A DNA stretch of 57,498 bases, from assembly GCA_030615855.1 (NCBI GenBank), contig JAUWYL010000005.1, positions 1-57,498 on the forward strand, given 5' to 3'. Shown here in pieces: positions 28,374 to 38,480 of the stretch. The position numbers and the translations under genes are program-made. The notes below the pieces were generated by a model. It saw only the letters and a program-made list of their open reading frames with translations, was not told the origin of the DNA and made no database searches. How positions within the stretch are numbered: position 1 is the first letter of the stretch; each line of letters opens with the position of its first letter. The stretch comes from a bacterium (lineage in GTDB: Bacteria; UBP18; UBA7526).

Positions 28374-28497
28374 GGTTACTACGCTTCGCTGTTACTACCA
28401 GTTACTACGCCCCGCTGAAGACGGGACTGTTACTAACAGTTGCCTTTGTAACTTCTCGTAACCGATAGTAACCGATTAGTAACCTTTAGTAACCGAT
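28374..28497. repeat. Inverted ~10-mer GTTACTA/TAGTAAC array, copy 1
   Basis: Begins ggttactacgcttcgctgttacta, identical at 35253 and reverse-complemented at 53802-53824. Confidence 0.8.
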
Positions 28498-28521
28498 ACC
28501 TACTTAAAGGAGGAAAAAGAA

Positions 28522-29769
28522 ATGATGGACCTCATTATTAGGAATGCTAAGACAAGAGAAAAGGATGGCAGAGTAGATATTGCCATCAAGGGAGCGAAGA
28601 TTAGGAGAATAGCCAAGAAGTTAAATGGAAAAGCGAAGAATGAAATTGACGCTAAGGGAGGTTTAACTACTCCTACATTCGTCGATCCCCATCTACATTT
28701 AGATAAAGCTCTGATTAGCGAAGTAGTGAGAGAGAATGTTACGGGAACCCTAACCGAGGCCATTGAGATTATCTGGAATAAGAAGAAAAGATATACCATA
28801 AAGGATATTGTTTCTCGGGCAGGAAAGGCCATTGAGTGGGGAGTAAAGAATGGGACGACCATCTTCAGGACCCATGTGGATGTCGATAATATCGGAAAAT
28901 TGATGCCTTTGAAAGGATTATTAGAGGTGAGAAAAGAGTATCAGGATGTCTGTGACATTCAGATTGTGGTCTTTCCCCAGGAAGGAATAATAAAAAATAA
29001 GGGAACAGAAAAACTAATGCGTCAAGCGATGGAATTAGGAGCAGATGTAGTAGGGGGAATGCCCTATAATGAATATACTTATGATGACTCTAAGAAGCAC
29101 ATCGATATTGCCTTTCAGATCGCCAAAGAGTTTGATGTTGACATCGATATGCACGTGGATGAGACGGATGATCCGGATGCCCGAACCTTAGAGTACTTAG
29201 CAGCCAAGACAATAAAGGAGGGTTGGCAGGGAAGGGTCACTGCTGGTCATACCTGCGCCTTAGCGGCTTATGATGATCTTTATGCCTCCAAGGTAATCGG
29301 GATGATAAAAGAGGCAGAAGTAAATATGATTACCAACCCGGCAACGAACTTGATGTTACAGGGGAGATTCGATAAACAACCCATCCGGCGTGGAATTACC
29401 AGGGTAAAAGAACTCTTAGAGGCTGGGGTGAACGTCTGCTATGGCCAGGACTGTCTAAAGGATACTTTCTATCCCACCTGGGGAAGGGAGGATATGTTAG
29501 AAGTAGGTTTAATTACTGCCCATGCGGCACAGTTTACTATGCCAAAAGAGATTGAGATTCTATTCGATATGCCCACCATAAATGCTGCCCAGGTATTGAG
29601 ACTTAAGAACTATGGGATAAAGGTGGGAAATCCGGCCAGTCTAAACATTATAGATGCCCGCAATGTCCAGGAGGCCTTCCGCACCCAGGCAGATAGGCTC
29701 TATGTCATAAGGAAAGGAAAAGTCATCGCCCGAACCAAGACCATCTCAGAGCTCTTTAGGAAGAGATAG
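28522..29769 (+). CDS. codA: Cytosine deaminase-like amidohydrolase
   Basis: FVDPHLHLDKA, RTHVDV, FPQEG, DMHVDE, AGHT, GQD. Confidence 0.8.
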   Translation: MMDLIIRNAKTREKDGRVDIAIKGAKIRRIAKKLNGKAKNEIDAKGGLTTPTFVDPHLHLDKALISEVVRENVTGTLTEAIEIIWNKKKRYTIKDIVSRAGKAIEWGVKNGTTIFRTHVDVDNIGKLMPLKGLLEVRKEYQDVCDIQIVVFPQEGIIKNKGTEKLMRQAMELGADVVGGMPYNEYTYDDSKKHIDIAFQIAKEFDVDIDMHVDETDDPDARTLEYLAAKTIKEGWQGRVTAGHTCALAAYDDLYASKVIGMIKEAEVNMITNPATNLMLQGRFDKQPIRRGITRVKELLEAGVNVCYGQDCLKDTFYPTWGREDMLEVGLITAHAAQFTMPKEIEILFDMPTINAAQVLRLKNYGIKVGNPASLNIIDARNVQEAFRTQADRLYVIRKGKVIARTKTISELFRKR

Positions 29770-29784
29770 AAGGAGGTAAAATAA

Positions 29785-30552
29785 ATGAAGTTAATTGATC
29801 TTACTCAGCCTTTGAGTGTTTTGACACCTGCCTGGCCAACCTATGAACCATTGCAGGTGAAGTTCTTCAAAAGGTTGGCTCCCAACGGGGCCAATGGACA
29901 ATTGATCACTACTTCCAACCATGTGGGGACCCACTTAGATGGGGCATTACACTTCTGCACCCATGGAAGGGATATCGCCTCCATTCCCTTAGAGGACTTA
30001 TATGGCGAGGCAGCGGTAGTCGACCTCTCGGATATGGCAGAGGATTATGGTATCTATACCTCTAAAGATATTACTGACCGGATAGAGGTGAAGAAGAAAG
30101 ATATTTTAATCATCAATACTGGATACCATAGGTATGCCTGGGATCAGCCAGAGGCGGATGAGGTGAGATATATGTGCAAGCATCCCGGTCCTACTATAGA
30201 GTTCGCTGAATGGTGCAAGAAGATGGAGATTAAATGGATCGGGGTTGACTGCGGCTCAGCGGACCATCCCATGAATACCAAGATAAGGGACTGGATGCCT
30301 CGTTTAGCCAGGGAGTGTAACGAATACTTTAAGAAGAAATATAAGAAGAGCATTGAAGAGATCTTCCCTCCCGACCATTATCAATTGATGCACATTCAAT
30401 TATTTCCCCACGACATCATCCATGCTGAGAACTTAGGGGGAGAGATAGATAAGATATTGAATAAGAGGACCATCGTGGGCTGCTTCCCCTGGAGGTTTAT
30501 GGGAGGAGAATCGGCATTCTGTAGGATAGTAGCCTTCGAAAAAGAAGGTTAA
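29785..30552 (+). CDS. Cyclase / kynurenine-formamidase-family metal hydrolase
   Basis: HVGTHLDG motif, GVDCGSADHP, HAENL. Confidence 0.85.
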   Translation: MKLIDLTQPLSVLTPAWPTYEPLQVKFFKRLAPNGANGQLITTSNHVGTHLDGALHFCTHGRDIASIPLEDLYGEAAVVDLSDMAEDYGIYTSKDITDRIEVKKKDILIINTGYHRYAWDQPEADEVRYMCKHPGPTIEFAEWCKKMEIKWIGVDCGSADHPMNTKIRDWMPRLARECNEYFKKKYKKSIEEIFPPDHYQLMHIQLFPHDIIHAENLGGEIDKILNKRTIVGCFPWRFMGGESAFCRIVAFEKEG

Positions 30553-30624
30553 TATCGGTTAAAAACGGTTATTAACCACTATTAACTGATATTAACTGTT
30601 ATTAACTTTAGAACAGGAGGAATC

Positions 30625-31362
30625 ATGGAGAAAGAGTATCACATTGGTTTGAAGAAGGGGGATGTGGGAAGGTATGTCCTACTACCTGGTGACCCGGCAA
30701 GGACAGAGATCATTGCCAAGCACTTTGAGAATGCCCAGGAGGTGGGATTTACCAGGGAGTATCGGACATTTACTGGGATGGTAGAAGGGATTAAGATCTC
30801 CACTACCTCTACTGGTATCGGTTGCCCATCAACTGCTATAGCCATTGAGGAATTAGCGAAGATTGGAGCGGATACCTTCATCAGGGTGGGAACCGCTGGC
30901 TCCTTGCAGAAAGAGGTGGAGTTAGGCGATGTTGTTATCTCTACCGGGGCAGTAAGAGAGGAGGGGACAACCAGACAGTATGTCCCTCTAAGTTATCCGG
31001 CGGTTGCCGATTTAGAGGTAACCAATGCCTTAGTGGAAGCAGCCAAGAAGTTAGGCCTTCCTCATCATACAGGTATCGTCCACTGCAAGGATGCCTTCTA
31101 TACTGAAGGGGCAAAAGATCTGCCCCTGGCGGAACATAATGAAGAGATGTGGAAGGCCTGGTATCGCTCAAATGTCCTGGCCACCTCCATGGAATCCAGT
31201 GCCTTATTCGTGGTCTCTTCAATAAAGAAGTTAAGGGCGGGAGAGGTAATGGCCATCATTGGACTTACCTATGCCGATCAGCCCATTGAGAAGAAGGTAG
31301 GGATTACCGAAGCAATAAAGATCGCCATTGAAGCAATAAAAATACTGGAAAAGGGCAGGTGA
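30625..31362 (+). CDS. udp: Uridine/nucleoside phosphorylase
   Basis: LLPGDPAR, REYRTFTG, STGIGCPS, IRVGTAG, SMESS. Confidence 0.85.
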   Translation: MEKEYHIGLKKGDVGRYVLLPGDPARTEIIAKHFENAQEVGFTREYRTFTGMVEGIKISTTSTGIGCPSTAIAIEELAKIGADTFIRVGTAGSLQKEVELGDVVISTGAVREEGTTRQYVPLSYPAVADLEVTNALVEAAKKLGLPHHTGIVHCKDAFYTEGAKDLPLAEHNEEMWKAWYRSNVLATSMESSALFVVSSIKKLRAGEVMAIIGLTYADQPIEKKVGITEAIKIAIEAIKILEKGR

Positions 31363-31473
31363 GCAAGCGGGAAAGTGAGCAGGTGATCGGTGATCAGTGA
31401 TCAGTAATCGGTCTATCTGTGCTAATCCGTGTTGTTATCCGTGATAATCCGTGTTAGAAAGGAGGAATCTAAA

Positions 31474-31602
31474 ATGAGAAAAGAACCATCGGAGAAGGTA
31501 TCGCAGAAGAAGATAACCTTTGATGTCAGGGAACTGGAGCCACTCTTGAGCCCACCTCCGATGAATGAAAAACTTAAGATTCCCAAGGAAGTAGTTGTTT
31601 GA
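31474..31602 (+). CDS. Small hypothetical protein (42 aa), below the ORF-track cutoff
   Basis: AGGAGG SD then ATG; MRKEPSEKVSQKKITFDVRELEPLLSPPPMNEKLKIPKEVVV*; its stop overlaps the next TTG start (TTGA). Confidence 0.5.
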   Translation: MRKEPSEKVSQKKITFDVRELEPLLSPPPMNEKLKIPKEVVV

Positions 31603-32429
31603 AGAGTAAACAGAGCGATCTTTTCGAGCATTTCTTTGGTAAAGAGAAGTCATCACCAAAGTCAGAGAAGAGACCCTTAGTCCTGAGCTATTCCCAGATA
31701 AGTACCTATCAGCAGTGTTCCCTCAAGTATAAGTTTCAGTATATAGAGAGAAGACCCACCAAACCTAGCCCCCACTTAGACTTCGGCCAAACCATCCACA
31801 ATACCCTAAAAGACTTCCACAAAGAATTTGATCCTAAAAGAACAAGCCTGGAAGATCTATTGAATCTCTATGAGAAGAACTGGGTGGCCGAGGGATACGA
31901 GAGCAAGGAGAAGGAAGAGGAGTTTAGGAGAGAGGGAGAGAGGATACTCAGGGATTATTATCAGACAGCGATAAGAAATCCTAATGTTTCCCTTTATCTG
32001 GAGGAGAATTTCAAGTTTCGCATGGGGGATTGCGAGATCTGGGGAAAGATCGATAGGATCGATAGGCTTCCTGATGGGGGATGGGAGATCATAGACTATA
32101 AGGCAGGTAAAAGAAGAATAGGAGAGGCAGGATTAGAAGCCGACCTAAATCCTTCAGCGATTGATGAGAACTTCCAGTTATCCCTCTATTATCTGGGCTG
32201 TAAGGAGAAGTTCAAGAGAGCCCCAGAGAAGGTGAGCCTCTACTATTTGAAGTATAATCAGAAGTTAAGTACCACCAGGAGACCAGAGCAGTTGAGGGAT
32301 GTGGAGAGGATTGTAGGTGAGGTTGCCTCTAAGATCAGGGAGAAGAGGTTTGAAGCAAAAAAGGGACCCCTATGCCCCTGGTGCGATTATAAGGAGCTCT
32401 GTCCGGCCCTCAAAGAAACTCGCCGTTAG
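31599..32429 (+). CDS. RecB-family PD-(D/E)XK nuclease with four Cys
   Basis: LSYSQISTYQQC, GQTIH, GKIDRID, IIDYKAG, QLSLY, CPWCDYKELC. Confidence 0.85.
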   Translation: MKSKQSDLFEHFFGKEKSSPKSEKRPLVLSYSQISTYQQCSLKYKFQYIERRPTKPSPHLDFGQTIHNTLKDFHKEFDPKRTSLEDLLNLYEKNWVAEGYESKEKEEEFRREGERILRDYYQTAIRNPNVSLYLEENFKFRMGDCEIWGKIDRIDRLPDGGWEIIDYKAGKRRIGEAGLEADLNPSAIDENFQLSLYYLGCKEKFKRAPEKVSLYYLKYNQKLSTTRRPEQLRDVERIVGEVASKIREKRFEAKKGPLCPWCDYKELCPALKETRR

Positions 32430-32483
32430 AGACTTAATCGCTGTTTTTTCTCACCAGTTTATTTCCCTTTCATCGTATCGGAA

Positions 32484-32545
32484 CTTCAATGCAACCACGG
32501 ATTAGACGGATTAGACAGATTTAAAAATCCGTGGAAATCTGTGAA
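32484..32545. repeat. Inverted 9-mer arrays (ACGGATTAG / AATCYGTG)
   Basis: aaccacggattagacggattagacagat...atccgtggaaatctgtgaaatctgtggtt. Confidence 0.75.
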
Positions 32546-32581
32546 ATCTGTGGTTATCTATCTTGTTTTTTTGGAAATTTT

Positions 32582-35248
32582 ATGGCCAAGAAGAGACTCT
32601 TCTTAATTGATGGGAATGCCTATATCCATAGGGCCTTCCATGCCTTGCCTCTCCTCACTACTTCTCGAGGAGAGATAGTAAACGCTGTCTATGGCTTTAT
32701 CAGGATGATACTGAAAATCTTGCGAAAAGAATCCCCGGATTATATGGCGGTCTGCTTCGATTATCCGGCACCCACCTTCCGCCATAAGGTATATGAGGAG
32801 TATAAGGCCACCAGGAAAAGGGCTCCAGATGAACTACGAAGTCAAATCCCCCTGGCCCATGAGATTGTCAGAGCATTGAATCTGGCCCTCTTTGAGAAAG
32901 AGGGGTATGAGGCGGACGATTTAATTGCCACCCTTTCAGAAAGAGCAAAGAAGGAAGGGATAGAGACCGTCATCGTCACTGGGGATAAGGATGCCTTACA
33001 GCTGGTCGATAAATCTATCTCAGTCTTAAATGAGTCCAAGGATATCTCGTATAACGAGGAGGAGGTAAAAGAAAGAACAGGCGTTACTCCTAGACAGATA
33101 ACTGATTTTATGGCCCTTATGGGTGATCAATCGGATAATGTTCCCGGAGTAAGAGGGGTAGGACCCAAGACCGCTACCCAACTCATCCAGAGGTTCGGAA
33201 GCATTGAGAATTTATATCAACACCTAGATGAGATAGGGGGAAAACTAAAGGAGAGGCTGAAGGATTCAAGAGAGGATGCCTTTCTCTCGAAGAGATTAGT
33301 TATCTTAGAGGAGAATGTTCCTTTAAAATTCGGGATCTCCCATTGTAGAATAAAACCACCCAAGAGAGAAGAACTTTTGGGCCTTCTCCACAGGTTAGAA
33401 TTTCGAAGTCTCATCGCTGAGCTGGTCACCACTAAGGAAGAGAAGCGGGTTAGCTACTCTACCATCCTCTCCAAGGATGATTTTGAGAGGCTACTAAAGG
33501 ATTTAAGGAAAGTCCCCTTAGTCTCTATTGATTTTGAGACCACGGGAAAGGACCCCATGGCCGCCTCTCTGGTAGGCATCGCTCTATCTCTAAAGCCTTT
33601 CTCTGCCCATTACGTTCCTCTTATCCATTCCTATCTCGGGGCCCCAGAACAACTGGATAGGGAATATGTCTTAAAAGAGCTAAAGCCTATCCTGGAGAAT
33701 GAGAGAATAAAGAAGTATGGACAGAATATAAAATATGAGATTATTCTCTTGAAGAGGGAAGGAATAGATTTAAAAGGAATATATTTTGATACCATGGTCG
33801 CCTCCTACCTCTTGAACCCCGCGAAGCTAAATCACAACTTAGGCGACATCGCCATTGAATACCTGGGCCATAAGATGACTCCAATAAGTGAGTTAATTGG
33901 TAAAGGCAAGAAAGAAATTACTATGGATGAGGTGGAGATCGAGAGGGTCACTCCCTATGCCTGCGCTGATGCGGACATCGTTCTTCGTTTGGCAGAAATC
34001 ATGGAGCCGAAGTTAAAGGAGAAAGGCTTAGAAGGACTCTTTCATAAGGTGGAGATGCCTCTGGTAAGGGTGCTGGCAGAGATGGAGAGGGACGGGGTTC
34101 TTATTGACAAGGAATATCTTGGATCTCTATCAAAGGAATTTGCTTTAGAGCTAAAAAAATTGGAGAAGAAAATCTACTCCCTGGCAGGGGGGGAGTTCAA
34201 TATCAATTCCCCCAAGCAGCTCTCTTATATCCTATTTGAGAAGTTAAAACTCCCCGTAATAGAGAAGACCAAGACCGGATACTCTACAAAAGAAGCAGTC
34301 CTAAGGGAATTAACCCCCAGTCATAAATTACCCAGCCTACTTATCAAATATCGGGAACTGGCCAAACTCAAGTCAACCTACATCGATGCTTTACCTTTAC
34401 TTATCAATCCTATAGATGGAAGGGTCCATACCTCCTTTAATCAGACCGTGACCGCTACCGGAAGGCTTTCCTCCTCTGAACCCAACCTGCAGAACATTCC
34501 CATAAGGACAGAGTTGGGAAGGAAAATCAGGAAGGCCTTTATTCCTAAAGAAGGTTCTATTCTATTATCCGCCGATTACTCCCAGATAGACCTCAGGGTC
34601 TTGGCCCATATCTCGAAAGACAAGAGTTTGAGAGACGCCTTCTTCAAGGACGAGGATATTCACTCCCGAACAGCATGTGAGATCTTCAGTATCTCAAAGA
34701 AAGAGGTCACTCCCGAACTACGCAGAATCGCAAAGACTGTAAACTTCGGCCTCTCCTATGGCATGAGCCCTTTTGGCCTCTCTAAAGACTTAGGCATCCC
34801 TTTGAAAGAAGCCGAGAAGTACATCACAAAATACTTTGAGAGGTATAGAGGGGTGAAGAAGTATATTGAGGAGATCATCGAAGAGGCGAAAGAGAAGGGC
34901 TATGTTATCACATTACTTAAAAGAAGAAGATATATTCCAGAGATAAATCACCCGGATCCCAGGCTCTCCAACTTTGCTAAAAGAGTGGCCATTAATACTC
35001 CCATACAAGGGACCTCTGCGGATATCATCAAGGTGGCCATGCTTGAGATAAGTGAGAGAATAAAGAAAGAAAGACTAAAAACCAAGATGACTATTCAGAT
35101 CCACGATGAACTCCTCTTCGAGGTTCCCGAGGATGAAGTAAAGGAAGTATCAAGATTAGCCAAGGAGATTATGGAGGGTTCAATAGAGTTAGAGGTCCCC
35201 ATAAGAGTCGATATAAAGATGGGAAAGAGCTGGGCAGAAATCCACTAA
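32582..35248 (+). CDS. polA: DNA polymerase I
   Basis: LIDGNAYIHRAFHA 5'-3' exonuclease, DFETT 3'-5' exonuclease, ADYSQIDLR, KTVNFGLSYG, QIHDEL. Confidence 0.97.
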   Translation: MAKKRLFLIDGNAYIHRAFHALPLLTTSRGEIVNAVYGFIRMILKILRKESPDYMAVCFDYPAPTFRHKVYEEYKATRKRAPDELRSQIPLAHEIVRALNLALFEKEGYEADDLIATLSERAKKEGIETVIVTGDKDALQLVDKSISVLNESKDISYNEEEVKERTGVTPRQITDFMALMGDQSDNVPGVRGVGPKTATQLIQRFGSIENLYQHLDEIGGKLKERLKDSREDAFLSKRLVILEENVPLKFGISHCRIKPPKREELLGLLHRLEFRSLIAELVTTKEEKRVSYSTILSKDDFERLLKDLRKVPLVSIDFETTGKDPMAASLVGIALSLKPFSAHYVPLIHSYLGAPEQLDREYVLKELKPILENERIKKYGQNIKYEIILLKREGIDLKGIYFDTMVASYLLNPAKLNHNLGDIAIEYLGHKMTPISELIGKGKKEITMDEVEIERVTPYACADADIVLRLAEIMEPKLKEKGLEGLFHKVEMPLVRVLAEMERDGVLIDKEYLGSLSKEFALELKKLEKKIYSLAGGEFNINSPKQLSYILFEKLKLPVIEKTKTGYSTKEAVLRELTPSHKLPSLLIKYRELAKLKSTYIDALPLLINPIDGRVHTSFNQTVTATGRLSSSEPNLQNIPIRTELGRKIRKAFIPKEGSILLSADYSQIDLRVLAHISKDKSLRDAFFKDEDIHSRTACEIFSISKKEVTPELRRIAKTVNFGLSYGMSPFGLSKDLGIPLKEAEKYITKYFERYRGVKKYIEEIIEEAKEKGYVITLLKRRRYIPEINHPDPRLSNFAKRVAINTPIQGTSADIIKVAMLEISERIKKERLKTKMTIQIHDELLFEVPEDEVKEVSRLAKEIMEGSIELEVPIRVDIKMGKSWAEIH

Positions 35249-35252
35249 AGAT

Positions 35253-35385
35253 GGTTACTACGCTTCGCTGTTACTATCGGTTACTACGTCCCGATAAAAT
35301 CGGGACTGTTATTACCGGTTGCTTCTGTAGTAGTCATTTGTAACTGTTCGTAACTGATAGTAACCATTCGTAACTGTTAGTAACC
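35253..35385. repeat. Inverted ~10-mer GTTACTA/TAGTAAC array, copy 2
   Basis: Same 24-nt start as 28374; carries hairpin gtcccgat-aaa-atcgggac. Confidence 0.8.
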
Positions 35386-35403
35386 CTTTTGCAGGAGCAG
35401 AGA

Positions 35404-36018
35404 ATGCTGGTTGTTGGTCTGACAGGTGGCATGGCATCTGGGAAGAGTGTGGTAAGTAAAACCCTGAGAGAACTTGGTCTGCCGATAATCGATGCTGATC
35501 TAATCGCCAGGGAAATGGTGAGGCCGAATGAAATAGGTTATAGAGAGATTGTAGACTATTTCGGGAAAAAGATTCTCAATCCAGACCAGACCATTAATAG
35601 AAGAAGATTGGCTAAGATAATCTTCAGTGATTCTAAAGAAAGGGAAAGACTCAACTCTATCCTTCATCCCAAAATAGTTAAGAAGATAAAGAAAAGAATA
35701 CTAAATTTTAAAGAGAAGGGAGAGAAGATAGTCATTGTGGATGCTGCCCTCTTAATCGAGGCCGGACAATTACCCTTAGTTGATGAACTTATTGTAGTTA
35801 CCGTGAGTCCTAAGATTCAGGTCAGGCGTCTGGCTCAAAGGGATCACCTAACAGAGAAAGAGGCCCGGGAGAGGATCGCCACCCAGATGCCCTTATCTGA
35901 AAAGGCGAAACTAGCTGATTATATCATTGATAATAGTAGTTCAGTTAAGAAAACCATAAAGAGAACAAAAGAGGTCTACAACCGGCTGCGTTTGACAATT
36001 GCGGGTAAAAAAGAGTAA
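35404..36018 (+). CDS. coaE: Dephospho-CoA kinase
   Basis: VGLTGGMASGKS, IDAD, ADYIIDN; follows polA. Confidence 0.95.
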   Translation: MLVVGLTGGMASGKSVVSKTLRELGLPIIDADLIAREMVRPNEIGYREIVDYFGKKILNPDQTINRRRLAKIIFSDSKERERLNSILHPKIVKKIKKRILNFKEKGEKIVIVDAALLIEAGQLPLVDELIVVTVSPKIQVRRLAQRDHLTEKEARERIATQMPLSEKAKLADYIIDNSSSVKKTIKRTKEVYNRLRLTIAGKKE

Positions 36019-36021
36019 AAT
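35992..36021 (+). promoter_or_regulatory. Sigma70-type promoter for rho
   Basis: TTGACA-18 nt-TAAAAT, about 20 nt upstream of the rho ATG. Confidence 0.55.
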
Positions 36022-36042
36022 ATATTTTTGTTGAGGTGAAAG

Positions 36043-37296
36043 ATGGATATCGTTGCCCTAAAAGAAAAAACCATCTCTGAGTTAAGCGATGTAGCCCGGA
36101 AGATGAAGATTCCGGGAATAGGGAATTTGAGGAAGCAAGAGCTTATCTTCAAGATATTAGAGGCCCAAACGAAGGAGGAGGGTCTTTTATTTGGGGAGGG
36201 GGTCTTGGAGATTCTTCCCGATGGCTTCGGTTTCCTGCGTTCCCCCAATACTAACTATCTTCCTGGCCCAGATGACATCTATATCTCTCCCTCTCAGATT
36301 AGGCGCTTCAGCCTCAGGAAAGGGGATATCGTCTCCGGGCAGATTCGTCCCCCCAAGGCGGACGAGAAGTTCTTCGCCCTACTCAAGGTAGAGGCGGTAA
36401 ACTTTGAGAACCCGGAACTGGCTAAGGAGAAGATACTATTCGATAACCTTACTCCCCTCTACCCTACGGAGAGGATTAGACTGGAGACGGGAAAGGATGC
36501 CATCTCTGAGCGGGTTATGGACTTATTGACCCCTATTGGAAAGGGTCAGAGGGGATTGATCGTCTCTCCTCCCAGGGCGGGGAAGACCATTCTATTGCAG
36601 AAGATTGCCAACTCCATCACCACCAACCATCCAGAGATAATCTTAATCATTCTCTTAGTTGGGGAGAGGCCAGAGGAAGTGACGGATATGGAACGTAGCG
36701 TCAAAGGAGAGGTCATTGCCTCCACTTTCGATGAGCCAGCCAGCCGCCACGTCCAGGTGGCGGAGATGGTATTGGAAAAGGCTAAGAGGCTTGTAGAGTA
36801 TAAAAAGGATGTGGTCATTCTTTTGGACTCCGTCACCAGGTTGGCCCGGGCCTATAATACCACCTGCCCCCATTCAGGAAAGATACTGACCGGTGGGGTG
36901 GATGCCAATGCTTTGCCCAAGCCCAAGAGATTCTTCGGCACCGCCCGAAATATTGAGGTGGGAGGCTCCTTAACTATTTTAGCTACTGCTCTCATCGATA
37001 CCGGGAGCAAGATGGATGAGGTAATCTTCGAGGAGTTCAAAGGCACAGGGAATATGGAACTGGTTCTCGATAGAAGGCTGGTGGATAGAAGGGTATTCCC
37101 GGCCATCGATATCTCACGAAGCGGAACGAGGAAAGAGGAACTTTTATTGGATAAGGAGGATCTGAGTCGCATCTGGGTCTTAAGGAAGATATTGAGTACT
37201 CTCAATGTTGTTGAGAAGATGGAACTCTTAATTGACAAGCTGAAGAAGACCAAGACCAATAAGGAATTCCTGAAAACTATGAATCAAGGAGGCTAA
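36043..37296 (+). CDS. rho: Transcription termination factor Rho
   Basis: [50 protein letters not shown]. Confidence 0.98.
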   Translation: MDIVALKEKTISELSDVARKMKIPGIGNLRKQELIFKILEAQTKEEGLLFGEGVLEILPDGFGFLRSPNTNYLPGPDDIYISPSQIRRFSLRKGDIVSGQIRPPKADEKFFALLKVEAVNFENPELAKEKILFDNLTPLYPTERIRLETGKDAISERVMDLLTPIGKGQRGLIVSPPRAGKTILLQKIANSITTNHPEIILIILLVGERPEEVTDMERSVKGEVIASTFDEPASRHVQVAEMVLEKAKRLVEYKKDVVILLDSVTRLARAYNTTCPHSGKILTGGVDANALPKPKRFFGTARNIEVGGSLTILATALIDTGSKMDEVIFEEFKGTGNMELVLDRRLVDRRVFPAIDISRSGTRKEELLLDKEDLSRIWVLRKILSTLNVVEKMELLIDKLKKTKTNKEFLKTMNQGG

Positions 37297-37297
37297 T

Positions 37298-37519
37298 ATG
37301 AAAGAAGGGATTCATCCTAAGTATGTAGACTGCACCATTACCTGTGCCTGCGGAAACGTCATCCATACCAGAGCGACCAAGCCCAGCATCAGAGTGGAGA
37401 TCTGTTCTGCTTGCCATCCCTTCTTCACGGGGAAGCAGAAGCTGGTCGATACCGCAGGAAGGGTGGAAAGGTTCAGGAGAAAGTACGGATTGGGCGAGAA
37501 AAAAGAAGAGAAGAAATGA
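37298..37519 (+). CDS. rpmE: 50S ribosomal protein L31 (Zn-binding type)
   Basis: [13 protein letters not shown]...[12 protein letters not shown]. Confidence 0.97.
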   Translation: MKEGIHPKYVDCTITCACGNVIHTRATKPSIRVEICSACHPFFTGKQKLVDTAGRVERFRRKYGLGEKKEEKK

Positions 37520-38364
37520 GGGTGAGGGTTGGAGGGCAGGCGGTCATTGAGGGGGTGATGATGAGAACCTCCCATGCTCTGGCCATTGCCCTAAGAAAAG
37601 AGGATGGAGAAATCTTGGTAAAGAAGGAGATCCTTCCTTCCCGCCATCTTCTCTTAAAGAAGCCCATAAGCCGAGGGGCAATTGCCCTATGGGAGGCACT
37701 GGTCATCGGCTATAAGGCCTTAGCCTTCTCTGCCAAGAAGAGTAAAAAGGAGGAGAAGGAGATATCAGGTTTTGCTCTGGGCCTTACCATGATCTTCGCT
37801 TTTGGTTTAGCAATCCTCTTTTTTATCCTCTTGCCCGCCTTCCTAACTAGTTTATTTCAGATTAAGAGTAGCATTCTCTTTAATCTGGTGGATGGTCTCA
37901 TTCGCCTTCTCCTCTTCTTTAGTTATCTCTGGGCCATCTCTCGGCTAAAAGAGATTAAGAGATTATTTGCTTATCATGGGGCAGAGCATAAGGTGGTCTA
38001 TACCTACGAAGCTGGGGAAGATTTAACTATAGAGAATGCCAGAAATAAGAGCACCCTTCATCCCAGATGTGGGACGAACTTCATCCTTATCTTCTTAATC
38101 ATGAGTATCCTGCTATTCTCTCTATTGGGAAGAGCTACTTCTCTTGAGACCCATCTACTGCGCTTCTGCCTCATTCCTATCATCGCTGCTTTTGCCTATG
38201 AGATCATCAGGTTCTCTATGAAGAAGAGATGGCACTTCATCAACTTCCTCGGCCTACAACTTCAAAAAATTACTACCGGGGAGCCCACGGACGACCAGAT
38301 TGAAGTGGCCCTGGTTGCCTTAAAAGAAGTTCTGGCTCTAGAAGAGAATAGAGCAGATAACTAG
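37516..38364 (+). CDS. DUF1385 membrane protein
   Basis: [28 protein letters not shown]; usual rpmE-prfA context; ATGA overlap. Confidence 0.9.
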   Translation: MRVRVGGQAVIEGVMMRTSHALAIALRKEDGEILVKKEILPSRHLLLKKPISRGAIALWEALVIGYKALAFSAKKSKKEEKEISGFALGLTMIFAFGLAILFFILLPAFLTSLFQIKSSILFNLVDGLIRLLLFFSYLWAISRLKEIKRLFAYHGAEHKVVYTYEAGEDLTIENARNKSTLHPRCGTNFILIFLIMSILLFSLLGRATSLETHLLRFCLIPIIAAFAYEIIRFSMKKRWHFINFLGLQLQKITTGEPTDDQIEVALVALKEVLALEENRADN

Positions 38365-38480
38365 GTTACGTTTATCGGTTGCGTCTTTTTACGAACGACG
38401 ATAGACGATAGCCGAAACGAGCCGCGTAACCGTTCAACGTAGAACGGAAGACGGATTTTATACTTAATAGGGGAACAAAG

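Noticed and set aside
28374-28497. Possible CRISPR arrays in the repeat-rich spacers (also 35253, 53699)
   Set aside because: Units are 7-10 nt, degenerate and inverted; there are no 23-47-nt direct repeats with unique spacers and no cas genes.
31599-32429. Cas4 of a CRISPR system
   Set aside because: No cas1/cas2 or array nearby; better described as a stand-alone RecB-family nuclease.
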